DNA of 64,000 bases from Deltaproteobacteria bacterium (GCA_013812655.1 JACCTC010000317.1:19002-83001); one strand, 5' to 3'; numbered from the stretch's first letter, positions 1-13,381 are shown. Notes: generated from the letters alone by a model not told the origin. Translations and numbers: made by a program.

Positions 1-117
1 GGTGGCAAGCACCACACCACCGTGATCTCGGCGGTCCAGAAGATCATCGAGCGCCTCAAGGACGACGCTTCGCTGCGGTCCGAGATCCACGCGATCGAAG
101 GGATGATCCTGCGATGA
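1..117 (+). CDS. dnaA: Chromosomal replication initiator DnaA, C-terminal fragment (5' part outside window)
   Basis: Frame +1 is open from the window edge to TGA at 115-117. The translation GGKHHTTVISAVQKIIERLKDDASLRSEIHAIEGMILR matches the conserved DnaA domain IV end (HTTV..A..KI). It is followed by dnaN-recF-gyrB. Confidence 0.85.
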   Translation, partial: GGKHHTTVISAVQKIIERLKDDASLRSEIHAIEGMILR

Positions 118-493
118 GCGGCGTGCTGAACCCAAGGACGAGGCCTGTGCGAAACGCTGTGCTGCCAGCTGTGGACGGAGCGTGGATGAATGCGAGGTCG
201 CGGTTTGTCCACACGTTCGCTTCATGTCATCCACTGCGGGACGCCCAGGTGCCGCGGTCCTGCGTGACGAGCGATTTGACTGTCAGGGCTTCAAGTTATG
301 AAGCTATCCACAGCGTCCACAGGACCTACTAGTTCTTACTTCTAACTAAGATCTAATTCTTTAAAGATACAGAGAGAGAACGAGACGACACGCAAGACGA
401 CGCTTCAGAGCGCGAGCACTCAGCTCGAGCCTCCCGAGCAAGGCTTAGTAAAAGCGACACGACGAACGACAGCAACGAACGGTCGAGGGTGAC
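118..493. other. Candidate oriC: DnaA-box cluster plus AT-rich unwinding element in the dnaA-dnaN spacer
   Basis: Six TCCAC-core 9-mers resemble TTATCCACA: 170-176 and 182-190 in reverse orientation, TTGTCCACA at 205-213, GTCATCCAC at 226-234, CTATCCACA at 304-312 and GCGTCCACA at 313-321. Next to them is a roughly 45-bp AT-rich tract (about 325-370, ctactagttcttacttctaactaagatctaattctttaaagatac) in an otherwise 70% GC sequence. Confidence 0.6.
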
Positions 494-1591
494 ATGGAAA
501 TCCGCATCGCAAAGAACGAGTTCATTCGCGGCCTGCGCCTCGCGCAAGGCATCGCCGATCGCAAGAGCACGATGCCGATGCTCGCGAACGTGCTGCTGAG
601 AACGCAGGGCAAGAACCAGCTCCTCGTCGCGGCGACCGACCTCAACGTCTCGCTGACTGCCGAGCTCAAGAGCACGAACACGTCGGAAGGCGGCATCACC
701 CTCGGTGCCAAGAACCTCTACGAGCTCATCGCGAACGCTCCAGGCGACGAAGTCACGCTCAAGAAGGCCGACAACCACTGGGCGGAGATCAAGAGCGGCA
801 AGGTCACCTATCGCATCGTCGGCATGCCCGACCGTGACTTCCCGAAGGTCCCGGACCATCGCGAGGCGACGTACTCTACGCTCGAGAGCGCGGTACTTCG
901 CGAGATGATCGAGCGGACGCTGTTCAGCGTGTGCAACGACGAGACGCGATTTCACCTGAACGGCGTGTACTTCGAAAGCGACGGCAGCAAGAGCCGCATG
1001 GTCTCGACCGACGGCCATCGCCTCAGCAAGGTCGAGCGCACGCTCGCGAATGGCCCCAAGCTCTCGGCAGGCATCATCATCCCGAAGAAGGGGCTGATGG
1101 AGATCCGTCGCGTGCTCGAAGCGGGGCCGTCCTGCAAGCTCGCCATCAAGACCCCGCACCTGTTCCTCGTCCAGGACGACATCGCGCTCGCCGTGAAGCT
1201 CATCGACGCGCAATTCCCGCCGTACGAGCAGGTGATCCCGAAGGACCACAAGAAGATCATCACCGTCGATCGCGGACGCTTCATCGACGCGCTCAAGCGC
1301 GCGCAGCTGATGTCCTCGGAGACGCGTGGCGTGAAGGTCGCGGCGACCAAGGACGGCGTCACCATCACGAGCGACAACCCGGACCTCGGCGAGGTTCGCG
1401 AGGAGCTCGAGGCCGAGTACAACGGCGACCCCATCGCGATCGGGTTCAACCCGAAGTACGTCGTCGAGCTGCTGTCGCAGATGGCGAGCGACCAGGTCAC
1501 GCTGGCCCTCGGTGGCGAGCTCGATCCCGGCCTCATCCGACCGCTCACCGGTGACGATTACCTCGGCGTTGTCATGCCGATGAGGATCTGA
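494..1591 (+). CDS. dnaN: DNA polymerase III beta sliding clamp
   Basis: 365-aa ORF with N-terminus MEIRIAKNEF...MPMLANVLL and overall length typical of beta clamp. It sits between dnaA and recF. Confidence 0.95.
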   Translation: MEIRIAKNEFIRGLRLAQGIADRKSTMPMLANVLLRTQGKNQLLVAATDLNVSLTAELKSTNTSEGGITLGAKNLYELIANAPGDEVTLKKADNHWAEIKSGKVTYRIVGMPDRDFPKVPDHREATYSTLESAVLREMIERTLFSVCNDETRFHLNGVYFESDGSKSRMVSTDGHRLSKVERTLANGPKLSAGIIIPKKGLMEIRRVLEAGPSCKLAIKTPHLFLVQDDIALAVKLIDAQFPPYEQVIPKDHKKIITVDRGRFIDALKRAQLMSSETRGVKVAATKDGVTITSDNPDLGEVREELEAEYNGDPIAIGFNPKYVVELLSQMASDQVTLALGGELDPGLIRPLTGDDYLGVVMPMRI

Positions 1592-1594
1592 CCG

Positions 1595-2692
1595 CTGCGG
1601 ATCCAGGCGCTGGTCGCCGAGGGCGTCCGCAATCTGGTTCCGCTGTCCCTCGAGCCGAGGGAGCGCTTCAACGTCTTCGTCGGTGATAACGGGCAAGGCA
1701 AGACGAACCTGCTCGAGGCGATCTTCGTGGTCGCGACGCTGCGGTCGTTCCGGACCTCGAAGCTGGCAGATCTCGTCGGCTTCGATCGAGCCAGCGCGAA
1801 GCTCGGAGCACGCGTTCTCAAGGATGAGATGACGCGGCTCTACGAGGTCGAGCTATCGTCCGGGTCACGCAAGGTCCGGCTCGACGGTAAGGCGGTGCGT
1901 CCGCTCGCGCGCTACTTCGGCGAGTTCAACGTCGTCGTGTTCACGCCCGAGGACCTCGGGCTGCCGCGTGGCTCGCCCGGTGACCGCCGGCGGTTTCTCG
2001 ACCGCGGCGTGTTCAACCTCGAGCCCGGCTATCTCGCGACCGCCACGGATTACGACAAGGTCCTGAGGACGCGCAACAGCGTGCTCCGGCAAGCAGGGCA
2101 GGGGGCACTCGGCGGACGCCAGGTCGAGGAGCTGCTCGCCGTCTACGACACGCAGCTCGCCGGGCTCGCGGTCGCGACGATCGCAGCGCGCCGTCGGTTC
2201 ATCGCGAAGGTGTTGCCCGAGCTCGCGACGACGTTCGCGGCGATCACGCGGACCGGCCGGGTCGCCGGGGCACGCTACGCGTCGAAGCTCGTCGACGTGC
2301 CGGCGGACGCGATCGAGGCGCAGCTCCGCGATGGCAGGGCGCGCGACCTCGCCTCGCAGTCGACGCAGCTCGGCCCGCACCGCGATGATCTGCAGCTCGA
2401 GCTCGACGGACGCGAGGCCGGCAGCTTCGCGTCGCAGGGCCAGCTCCGCGCGATCATGCTCGCGTGGAAGACGGCCGAGCTCACGGTGTTGGGCCGCGCG
2501 CATGGCGACCTGCCGATCCTCTTGCTCGACGATGTCTCGAGCGAGCTCGACCCTGCACGCAACGAATTCTTGTTCGAGCACCTCGCGACGCTCGCCGGTC
2601 AATGCTTCATCACGACGACACATGCGAGCCATGTCTTGCTGCATCGAGATCGTGCGGATTACCGCATCCAGAGCGGCCAGATTCTGAAATAA
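1595..2692 (+). CDS. recF: DNA replication/repair protein RecF (non-canonical CTG start inferred)
   Basis: The frame is open from 1592. LRIQALVAEGVRNL...FNVFVGDNGQGKTNLLEAI (Walker A) lies upstream of the first ATG/GTG/TTG at 1727, so the start must be earlier. CTG at 1595 aligns with the RecF N-terminus. The C-terminal LLLDDVSSELD signature is present. Confidence 0.88.
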   Translation: MRIQALVAEGVRNLVPLSLEPRERFNVFVGDNGQGKTNLLEAIFVVATLRSFRTSKLADLVGFDRASAKLGARVLKDEMTRLYEVELSSGSRKVRLDGKAVRPLARYFGEFNVVVFTPEDLGLPRGSPGDRRRFLDRGVFNLEPGYLATATDYDKVLRTRNSVLRQAGQGALGGRQVEELLAVYDTQLAGLAVATIAARRRFIAKVLPELATTFAAITRTGRVAGARYASKLVDVPADAIEAQLRDGRARDLASQSTQLGPHRDDLQLELDGREAGSFASQGQLRAIMLAWKTAELTVLGRAHGDLPILLLDDVSSELDPARNEFLFEHLATLAGQCFITTTHASHVLLHRDRADYRIQSGQILK

Positions 2693-2715
2693 TTCAGAGC
2701 TGTTAGCTACGCTGA

Positions 2716-5292
<2,577 letters not shown>

Positions 5293-5462
5293 AAGACGTC
5301 GTACACGTACACGTAAACCTACGTGACGAGCGGATGGCTCGGTGGACCGTTGCGCGCTCCGCCATGACCAGTCTGCACCGAGGCAGGTCGATGACGGACG
5401 ATCTGTGCAGCGCCAGGCCGCGGTCGTTTAGTTAGGTTTCCGTTTCCGTTCGCGGTTACGTT

Positions 5463-6110
5463 TTAGAGCGCGCGGTGCAGAGATTCCTGCAGCAGCGGCG
5501 AGACGTGCTCGGAGTCGTTGAGCCGGACCAGCACGAGCTCGCTGAGCGCTGGACCCGACAGCACGTTGAGCGTCGCCGGAGATTGCCGGAACGCCCACAC
5601 GCGGGTCAGCGGGAGCCCGAGCACCCGGCATAGCAGCACACGGTTGACCGCGTCGTGAGCGGCGACGAGCAGGCAATCGGAGTCCTTGAGGTTGCGGGTC
5701 ACCCGCTCGATGACGGGCCACGCGCGAGCCTCGACCTGGCCGAGCGTTTCGGCGCCAGGGCCAGCGGGGACATCACGATCGGGTCGCGAGCGCCACGTGC
5801 CGAGCATCTCGGCATGCGCCGCCTCGACGTCGGTCGAGAGCTGGCCTTCCCAGGCGCCGTGCGAGATCTCCTGCAAGCCTGAATCGAGCTCGAGCGTGAC
5901 GTCGCGACCGACCAGGATCGCTTCGGCCGTCTTGCGTGCCCGTGATAGCGGCGACGAGATCGCGGCCGTGATCGCCACGTGAGCCAGCCGGACACCGAGC
6001 CGACGGACCTGCGCCTCACCGTCGCTCGATAGCGGGATATCGGTGCGGCCCTGGTAGCGACCGTCACGGTTCCACGAGGTCTCGCCATGTCGCACCAGCA
6101 GGATGTGCAT
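5463..6110 (-). CDS. Histidine phosphatase family protein (phosphoglycerate mutase-like)
   Basis: 215 aa. N-terminal MHILLVRHGETSWN carries the RHG catalytic motif, and a later SPLSRARKTA segment is typical of the family. Confidence 0.8.
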   Translation of the reverse strand: MHILLVRHGETSWNRDGRYQGRTDIPLSSDGEAQVRRLGVRLAHVAITAAISSPLSRARKTAEAILVGRDVTLELDSGLQEISHGAWEGQLSTDVEAAHAEMLGTWRSRPDRDVPAGPGAETLGQVEARAWPVIERVTRNLKDSDCLLVAAHDAVNRVLLCRVLGLPLTRVWAFRQSPATLNVLSGPALSELVLVRLNDSEHVSPLLQESLHRAL

Positions 6111-6254
6111 GGCTCGAATCTACAGGCGGGCGCCGTGACGCGCCGAGTCACCAGGTCACGAACAGATGACGGAGCATGGGGCCGAGAAACTCCCGGTTCC
6201 GACGGTGCACGACGGCGCTCGATCTTGCCCGAGTCGCCGTGGTAGCGAGGAGGA

Positions 6255-7250
6255 ATGCAGCGAAGCCGCATCATGGGTATCGGGATGAGCGTGCCGTCGC
6301 GGGTCGTGACCAACGACGATCTCGCGGCGAAGATGGAGACCTCACACGACTGGATCGTCGAACGCACGGGCATCGAGGAGCGCCGCTGGGTCAGTGAGGG
6401 CGAGACCGGCGCGACGCTCGCGACCGCCGCGAGCCAGCAGGCGATCGAGCGCTCGGGTGTCGATCCGAAGCAGATCGATCTGATCATCTACGCGACGCTG
6501 TCGCCGGACTTCTTCTTCCCGGGCACCGCGGTCTTCGTGCAGCGCGCGCTCGGGCTCAAGGACATCCCCTGCCTGGACATTCGCCAGCAGTGCACCGGAT
6601 TTATTTATGGGCTCTCGATCGCCGACGCGTTCATCCGCAGCGGTCAGTACAAGCACGTGCTGCTGATCGGCTCCGAGGTCCACTCCACAGGCCTCGACAT
6701 CTCGACCGCGGGACGTGACGTCACGGTGATCTTCGGCGACGGCGCGGGCGCGGTTGTCGTCGGCCCCGCGACCGATGACCAGCACGTGATCCTGTCGACT
6801 CACCTCCACGCCGACGGTACCGAGGCCGAGATCCTGTGGACCGAGTACCCGGCGAGCGCACGCCACCCGCGGCTCACCGTCGAGGCGATGGCCGAGCGAA
6901 AGCACTTTCCCGTGATGAACGGCAAGAAGGTGTTCAAGCACGCGGTCACCCGCATGCCGCAAGCGATCATGGAAGGCATGGTGACCAACGGGCTCAAGCT
7001 CGAGGACATCGACATGCTGATCCCGCACCAGGCCAACCTTCGGATCAATCAGATGGTCGCGCAGATGATCGGCCTGCCCGCCGACAAGACGCACAACAAC
7101 ATCATGAAGTACGGCAACACCACGGCCGCTTCGATCCCGATCTGCATGCACGAGGCGGTCGAGCTCGGCAAGATCAAGCCCGGTAACCTGGTGTGCCTCG
7201 TCGCGTTCGGCGCGGGTCTCACGTGGGGCTCCGCGTTCCTGAGGTACTGA
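6255..7250 (+). CDS. fabH: 3-oxoacyl-ACP synthase III (KAS III)
   Basis: 331 aa. Motifs are TSHDWIVERTGIEERR, the active-site Cys context RQQCTGFIYGL, IPHQANLRI and GNTTAASIP. Confidence 0.9.
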   Translation: MQRSRIMGIGMSVPSRVVTNDDLAAKMETSHDWIVERTGIEERRWVSEGETGATLATAASQQAIERSGVDPKQIDLIIYATLSPDFFFPGTAVFVQRALGLKDIPCLDIRQQCTGFIYGLSIADAFIRSGQYKHVLLIGSEVHSTGLDISTAGRDVTVIFGDGAGAVVVGPATDDQHVILSTHLHADGTEAEILWTEYPASARHPRLTVEAMAERKHFPVMNGKKVFKHAVTRMPQAIMEGMVTNGLKLEDIDMLIPHQANLRINQMVAQMIGLPADKTHNNIMKYGNTTAASIPICMHEAVELGKIKPGNLVCLVAFGAGLTWGSAFLRY

Positions 7251-8416
7251 TGCCCGCCGCAGTTGTAGGAAGTTGCAAGCTCGTCGGTGCACAGCACGCG
7301 ACGTCCGGACCGCTGGCGATCGTGCCGCAGATGCTTCACGCGAAGTGGGTCGCCAGGTTCACCGAGCAGGACGGCAAGGCGCTTGGCAAGCTCAAGAAGC
7401 GCGTCAGCGCGGCGACCACGAAGGGCGCGCGGGGCGTGTTCCTTCCGCTCGTCCAGCGCATGGGTTGTTACGCCAAGGCCGGCGTGATCGTCCTCGTCGA
7501 GGCGAAGGACGCGAACGGCAAGGAGCCGGCGAGCTTCGAGGAGGTCATGAAGGCGGCGACCCAGGTCGACGTCAAGGACACCGCCTGGAAGCCGGTGATG
7601 AAGTTCACGCCGAAGGGCGCCCACGTGCTGTGCGACGTGTGGGCGAAGAATCCGACCGCCGCGAAGGCCGATCGCAAGCGCGCCCTCAAGCTGAACCTCT
7701 CGAGCGAGCCGTACGTCGTCGAGGAGATCCGCAACGTCGCGCACACGGTGAACCTGCCGAACCAGAAGCCGCTCGCCGTGAAGTACTCGTTCACCCGGCT
7801 GCGTCCGGTGGCCCAGAAGGCGCTCAAGATTCCGAAGCCAAAGCTTGCGCGCGTGGTAGCGAGCGAGATCGTCGCGCCCCCCGAGATCGTGAAGGCGGCG
7901 AAGCAGCTGAAGTTCATCGACAGCGATCAAACGACGATGGTCATCGTGCCGCGCGCCTCGCTGAATGCCTGGGGCGGGCTCGCGGAGGACGGCGAGGACA
8001 CGCGCGACTTCGATCGCGCCTGCGCTGCTGGACCGCTCGCGACGCTCGACGTCGATGGCCGGCCCGCGCTGGTGATCGGCCAGGACGCCGGAATGGCGTT
8101 TCATCCGACCGACGATGGCGGCGTGATCATCCAGTGGATCGGCGCCGACAGCGAGGCCGGCATTCTCTCCGCGGCGCTCTCGATCCCCGCGGACCAGTGG
8201 AAGCCGACGAAGCTCCGCTGGAACGTCGGCGATGGCGAGCTCGTGATGATCGGCGCACCGACGCCCGGCAAGTGCGCGACGTGCGAACGCGTCGACATCA
8301 AGATCCCACCCGGCACGTACGCGCTCGAGACGTGCGAACGCTTCCGCGCGGACGTTCGCGTCGGCAAGCAGCTGCAGCCGACGTTGCTCGGCGCCGTTCG
8401 CCTCGTCAAAAGTTGA
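7250..8416 (+). CDS. Hypothetical protein with Imm21-like C-terminal half, possibly a tandem duplication of that fold
   Basis: The ATG at 7250 overlaps the fabH TGA (7248-7250) by 1 nt. The C-terminal half (TTMVIVPRASLNAWGGL...DFDRACAAG...GRPALVIGQDAGMAFHP..GGVIIQWIGADSE) resembles, from memory, polymorphic-toxin immunity family Imm21. The N-terminal half has a weaker similar pattern (SGPLAIVPQMLHAKW). Confidence 0.5.
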   Translation: MPAAVVGSCKLVGAQHATSGPLAIVPQMLHAKWVARFTEQDGKALGKLKKRVSAATTKGARGVFLPLVQRMGCYAKAGVIVLVEAKDANGKEPASFEEVMKAATQVDVKDTAWKPVMKFTPKGAHVLCDVWAKNPTAAKADRKRALKLNLSSEPYVVEEIRNVAHTVNLPNQKPLAVKYSFTRLRPVAQKALKIPKPKLARVVASEIVAPPEIVKAAKQLKFIDSDQTTMVIVPRASLNAWGGLAEDGEDTRDFDRACAAGPLATLDVDGRPALVIGQDAGMAFHPTDDGGVIIQWIGADSEAGILSAALSIPADQWKPTKLRWNVGDGELVMIGAPTPGKCATCERVDIKIPPGTYALETCERFRADVRVGKQLQPTLLGAVRLVKS

Positions 8417-8532
8417 GGGTCTGTCGTTCGCGTCGCGGTCAGCGACGGATGCGACGAAAAACGGACGACGCGCTATCCCTCGCTGCAGGAGTGAGGCGAG
8501 GGCCCCAGTCGAATTCGGGCGGTCGTCGAAGC

Positions 8533-9033
8533 CTACGCCGCGGCCTGCGCGAAGATCGCGTCGACTTCAGCCGCGAGCTTGTCCTCGGAGATGCCCTTCG
8601 CGATCGCCAGTTCCTTGATCAGCAGGCCGCGCGCGGTCTCGAGCATCTTGCGCTCGCCGAACGAGAGATCCTTGGTCACCCGGAGCACGCTGAGATCGCG
8701 AAACACCTCGGCGATCTCGAATACGCTCCCGGTCTTGATCTTCTCCATGTACTCGCGATACCGGCGATTCCACGTCTGGGTATCGCGCGGGATGTCGCGG
8801 GCCTTGAGGATCTCGTAGACCTCCTTCACCTGCTTGGAGGTGATGAGATCGCGAAGCCCGACCGAGCCGGCGTTCGTGGTCGGCACCATGATCTTCATGC
8901 CGGTCTCGATGATCTTCAGGATGTAGACGGCCGTCTGGCTGCCGCCGATATCCCGCTGCTCGAGGGCGACCACTTCGGCCACGCCGTGAACGGGATAAAC
9001 GGCCTTGTCCCCAACTGCGAATGCTTGCTTCAA
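8533..9033 (-). CDS. cdnL: CarD/CdnL family RNA-polymerase-binding transcription factor
   Basis: FAVGDKAVYPVHGVAEV...NRRYREYMEKIKTGSVFEIAEVFRDL...LSFGERKML closely matches remembered M. xanthus CdnL. A TTG start at 9033 (GAGG 8 nt upstream) gives MKQAFAVGDKAVYP and 166 aa. The track ORF extends to TTG 9084. Confidence 0.85.
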   Translation of the reverse strand: MKQAFAVGDKAVYPVHGVAEVVALEQRDIGGSQTAVYILKIIETGMKIMVPTTNAGSVGLRDLITSKQVKEVYEILKARDIPRDTQTWNRRYREYMEKIKTGSVFEIAEVFRDLSVLRVTKDLSFGERKMLETARGLLIKELAIAKGISEDKLAAEVDAIFAQAAA

Positions 9034-9147
9034 AGAAAAGACCTCGTACTGAGGCACGATACCAGTCAGCGCCTCGTCTGTCAAACCAACAACTTAGCTA
9101 ACAGGCCGAGATAACTGTGGAAACCGGGAGTTGAGCCCCCCGAATGG

Positions 9148-10683
<1,536 letters not shown>

Positions 10684-10762
10684 AAATTCTTGTAACTCCT
10701 AGTAAAGTGGGCGTCGTTATACGGAAGGTAGAAACCGAAGTAAAGGAATGAGAATGCCTACA

Positions 10763-10792
10763 TTGACATGCCATTCACGAGATCCGTAGAGT
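10763..10792 (+). promoter_or_regulatory. Putative sigma70-type promoter for the small basic ORF
   Basis: TTGACA (10763-10768), an 18-nt spacer, then TAGAGT (10787-10792), inside an AT-richer divergent spacer about 30 nt upstream of the GGGGGAG Shine-Dalgarno. Confidence 0.35.
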
Positions 10793-10824
10793 CGCTAACA
10801 GACCAGAACTCCGGGGGAGTTTGC

Positions 10825-11022
10825 ATGCGATCCAAGGTGATGACGGCGCGTCCAGCGGCGCGCAAGGCTAGTGGCAGTCGCACGAAGAAGACGGTGGCGG
10901 TGGCATCGAGGAAGTCCGAACCGATCATCCAGATGGTCGAGCGGAAGTCCTCACGCAACATCGAGGAGATGCCGAAGAAGGCCGGCGAGCTGCCGATCCC
11001 GACTGCGACGTTCGTCTTCTAG
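10825..11022 (+). CDS. Small basic hypothetical protein (65 aa)
   Basis: The ATG at 10825 follows GGGGGAG by 6 nt. Translation: [66 protein letters not shown] recognise no family. Confidence 0.45.
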   Translation: MRSKVMTARPAARKASGSRTKKTVAVASRKSEPIIQMVERKSSRNIEEMPKKAGELPIPTATFVF

Positions 11023-11807
11023 CCGGTTTGGTCGTCCGATTCGACCGCGGCCTCGGTCTCCTCTAGCTCGACTTCATCAAGAAGTTTCTTGAGGTTTCGG
11101 GCATCTGCCCATCGCGAGGGAGACTCGTACGCGATGGTGACAGGAGCTCCGGCGTACTCCATCAGGAGTGCGATCAGGTCTTCCTGCTTCTCGCTCCGGA
11201 TCGGTCCGGTGCGACCGAGTCCAGCAATTCGAAGGTAGAGCGCCTCGATCTCGTAGTCGAAGTGCACCTCGGGTGGCTGCTCGGGTGCGCGGACCAGCGG
11301 GTCGAACGCGCAGACCACACCGACCTCGGTGGCGAACGTCATCGCAGTGCGAGTCTCCCACAGGCCGTCCGGTACCCACACACGCGTCGCGCCGACGGTC
11401 TCGGAGGTCGCCACCTCGCCGAAGAACCGGCGCATCGTGTCGCGATTTGCGGCGGATGGCGCCCACAGCGGTGGCGATCGGAAAACCACGTGGCTCGCGC
11501 CGACGGTGTCGACTGCGGTGCGGAGCTCGGCAAGCGCGGCGCGCCCGAGCTTGCTGTCACGGAAGTCGCCAACACTCGCATCGTGATCCCACAGCCGGGT
11601 GGCCTTCGGTGGCTGACGATGGGTCAGGACCCACGGCGCGACGAGCCCGATCGAGCCCTTTGGCGCGACCTCGGTCCACTTCGCGACGAGGCTCGGCTTC
11701 AGCGGTCCTGCGAACAAGGCGGAGAGCTCGAGATACGAGAGCTCGCGGAAGTACCGGTGACGCTCGATGCGTTCCGGAATGTCGACGGTGCCGATGCGAA
11801 GAGCCAT
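11019..11807 (-). CDS. DUF72-like (UPF0759) protein
   Basis: Start [12 protein letters not shown] at 11807. The pattern [15 protein letters not shown]....KW...P.G......P.VLTHR resembles DUF72. The upstream part of the 499-aa track ORF is antisense to the transaldolase gene. Confidence 0.55.
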   Translation of the reverse strand: MALRIGTVDIPERIERHRYFRELSYLELSALFAGPLKPSLVAKWTEVAPKGSIGLVAPWVLTHRQPPKATRLWDHDASVGDFRDSKLGRAALAELRTAVDTVGASHVVFRSPPLWAPSAANRDTMRRFFGEVATSETVGATRVWVPDGLWETRTAMTFATEVGVVCAFDPLVRAPEQPPEVHFDYEIEALYLRIAGLGRTGPIRSEKQEDLIALLMEYAGAPVTIAYESPSRWADARNLKKLLDEVELEETEAAVESDDQTG

Positions 11808-11933
11808 GGGGAAATCCGGGGCCGAGCCGGGACCGAGTCGGAGGGGCCGGGATTTAGTCCCGGACCCGGGGTAGAGTCCCGCGGACCGGCGGCACCCTAT
11901 GTCGTCGACCGCACTCGTGCAACGGAGCACCGC

Positions 11934-12578
11934 ATGAAGTTCTTCATCGATACAGCCGACGTGAAGGAAATCCGTGAAGCCGCCGCGATGGGGCTTGTCG
12001 ACGGGGTCACCACCAATCCTTCGCTGGTCGCGAAGACGGGACGCAAGTTCCGCGAGGTCCTCCTCGAGGTCTGCGACATCGTGAAGGGCCCGGTGTCCGC
12101 CGAGGTCGTGGGCACGACGTACGAGCCGATCATGAAGGAAGCGCGCGAGCTCGCGGCGCTGCGTCCGAACATCGTCGTCAAGATCCCGCTGATTCCCGAG
12201 GGGCTCAAGGCCGTGCGGACCTGCACCGACGAGGGCATCAAGACCAACGTCACGCTGTGCTTCTCGGCGACCCAGGCGCTGCTCGCGGCCAAGGCCGGCG
12301 CGACGTACATCTCGCCGTTCGTCGGCCGGCTCGACGATATCTCGACGAACGGCATGCAGCTGATCCGCGAGATCATCGAGATCTACGACAACTACGACTA
12401 CGCGACCGAGGTGCTCGTCGCATCGGTGCGCTCGCCGATGCACGTCCACGAGGCCGCGCTGATCGGCGCGCACGTCGCGACCTGTCCGCTCTCGGTGCTG
12501 ATGCAGCTCGCGAAGCATCCGCTGACCGACAGCGGCCTGGCGAAGTTCCTCTCGGACTGGGAGAAAGTCCCGAAGTGA
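11934..12578 (+). CDS. tal: Transaldolase / fructose-6-phosphate aldolase family (short type)
   Basis: 214 aa: [31 protein letters not shown]...VVKIP...[10 protein letters not shown]. Confidence 0.9.
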   Translation: MKFFIDTADVKEIREAAAMGLVDGVTTNPSLVAKTGRKFREVLLEVCDIVKGPVSAEVVGTTYEPIMKEARELAALRPNIVVKIPLIPEGLKAVRTCTDEGIKTNVTLCFSATQALLAAKAGATYISPFVGRLDDISTNGMQLIREIIEIYDNYDYATEVLVASVRSPMHVHEAALIGAHVATCPLSVLMQLAKHPLTDSGLAKFLSDWEKVPK

Positions 12579-12928
12579 TCCGGGCGGGCGTCTCCGCGAT
12601 GCTCGGCATCGCGAGCGTCACGCTGGCGAGCTGTACCGACGATGGCGGCCCTCGCCTCCATGCCGCGACTCCGGCGTCGTCGGTCGCGGGTGGAATGACC
12701 GTCTTGACCGGCACGCGGCTGTGCGGCGAGTCTGGCAACTGCGCGACCGCCGGTGGCGCGGTGCGGATCGGGCTCGACGATGCCGTGCAGGCCAACATCA
12801 CCATGTACTCCGACACGAGTGCCGAGATCCGGATCCCGACGGTGACGCCGGTCGGTCCGACGTCGATCGTGCTCACCGTCAACGAGAAGGCGTCCAACAC
12901 GCTCGCCTTCGAGATCCTGCCGCCATGA
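12575..12928 (+). CDS. Small lipoprotein with IPT/TIG-like domain
   Basis: The GTG at 12575 overlaps the tal stop; an alternative ATG is at 12599. Lipobox VTLASC, then [11 protein letters not shown]...VRIG...AEIRIPTV...[17 protein letters not shown]. Confidence 0.55.
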   Translation: MIRAGVSAMLGIASVTLASCTDDGGPRLHAATPASSVAGGMTVLTGTRLCGESGNCATAGGAVRIGLDDAVQANITMYSDTSAEIRIPTVTPVGPTSIVLTVNEKASNTLAFEILPP

Positions 12929-13371
12929 TGCCGGGCACGCGTCGCGCATTCTCGGTCGCGGTCTATGCGCGCCGCGGGAATCGCGTGCTCGTGATCGAGC
13001 ATCGCCGGCAAGGTACGTGGCTGCCGATCGGCGGCGAGCTCGATGCTGGGGAGACTCCGCTCGAGGCTGCGATCCGCGAGCTTCGCGAGGAGACCGGGCT
13101 CGTCGCTGCATTTCGGCCGCTCGTGAACGCGCTCGACGGCGTGCCGCCTGGGCTTCTCGGCTACGAGGAGCACCTCGCGGGCTCCAAGGGCCTCCACATG
13201 AACTTCGTCTTCGTCGGCGAGGTCGCGCCGGATGCCGACGTCGTTCCCAACGACGAGTTCGGTGCGTGGCGGTGGATCGATCGCGACGAGCTCGATGCAC
13301 TCGACTCTCCCCTCAACGTCCGGCAGTTCGGCTATCTTGCGCTCGACGCCGTGCTGACGCCGGCGGGCTGA
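12925..13371 (+). CDS. NUDIX hydrolase
   Basis: ATGA overlap with the preceding stop. The Nudix box GGELDAGETPLEAAIRELREETGL is present. Confidence 0.85.
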   Translation: MMPGTRRAFSVAVYARRGNRVLVIEHRRQGTWLPIGGELDAGETPLEAAIRELREETGLVAAFRPLVNALDGVPPGLLGYEEHLAGSKGLHMNFVFVGEVAPDADVVPNDEFGAWRWIDRDELDALDSPLNVRQFGYLALDAVLTPAG

Positions 13372-13381
13372 GGAACGCATC

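Noticed and set aside
114-332. 72-aa plus-strand ORF in the dnaA-dnaN spacer
   Set aside because: It lies over the DnaA-box cluster, has no RBS and no family resemblance. It is more likely non-coding origin DNA.
353-1696. 447-aa minus-strand ORF covering dnaN
   Set aside because: It is antisense to a clearly recognisable dnaN. Its Arg/Ala/Leu/Asp-rich composition is typical of spurious reverse-frame ORFs in high-GC DNA, and I recognise no motif in it.
2683-2698. Palindrome TCTGAA-ATAA-TTCAGA spanning the recF stop codon
   Set aside because: It has only a 6-bp AU-rich stem with no T-tract. That is too weak to call a terminator or operator without comparative support.
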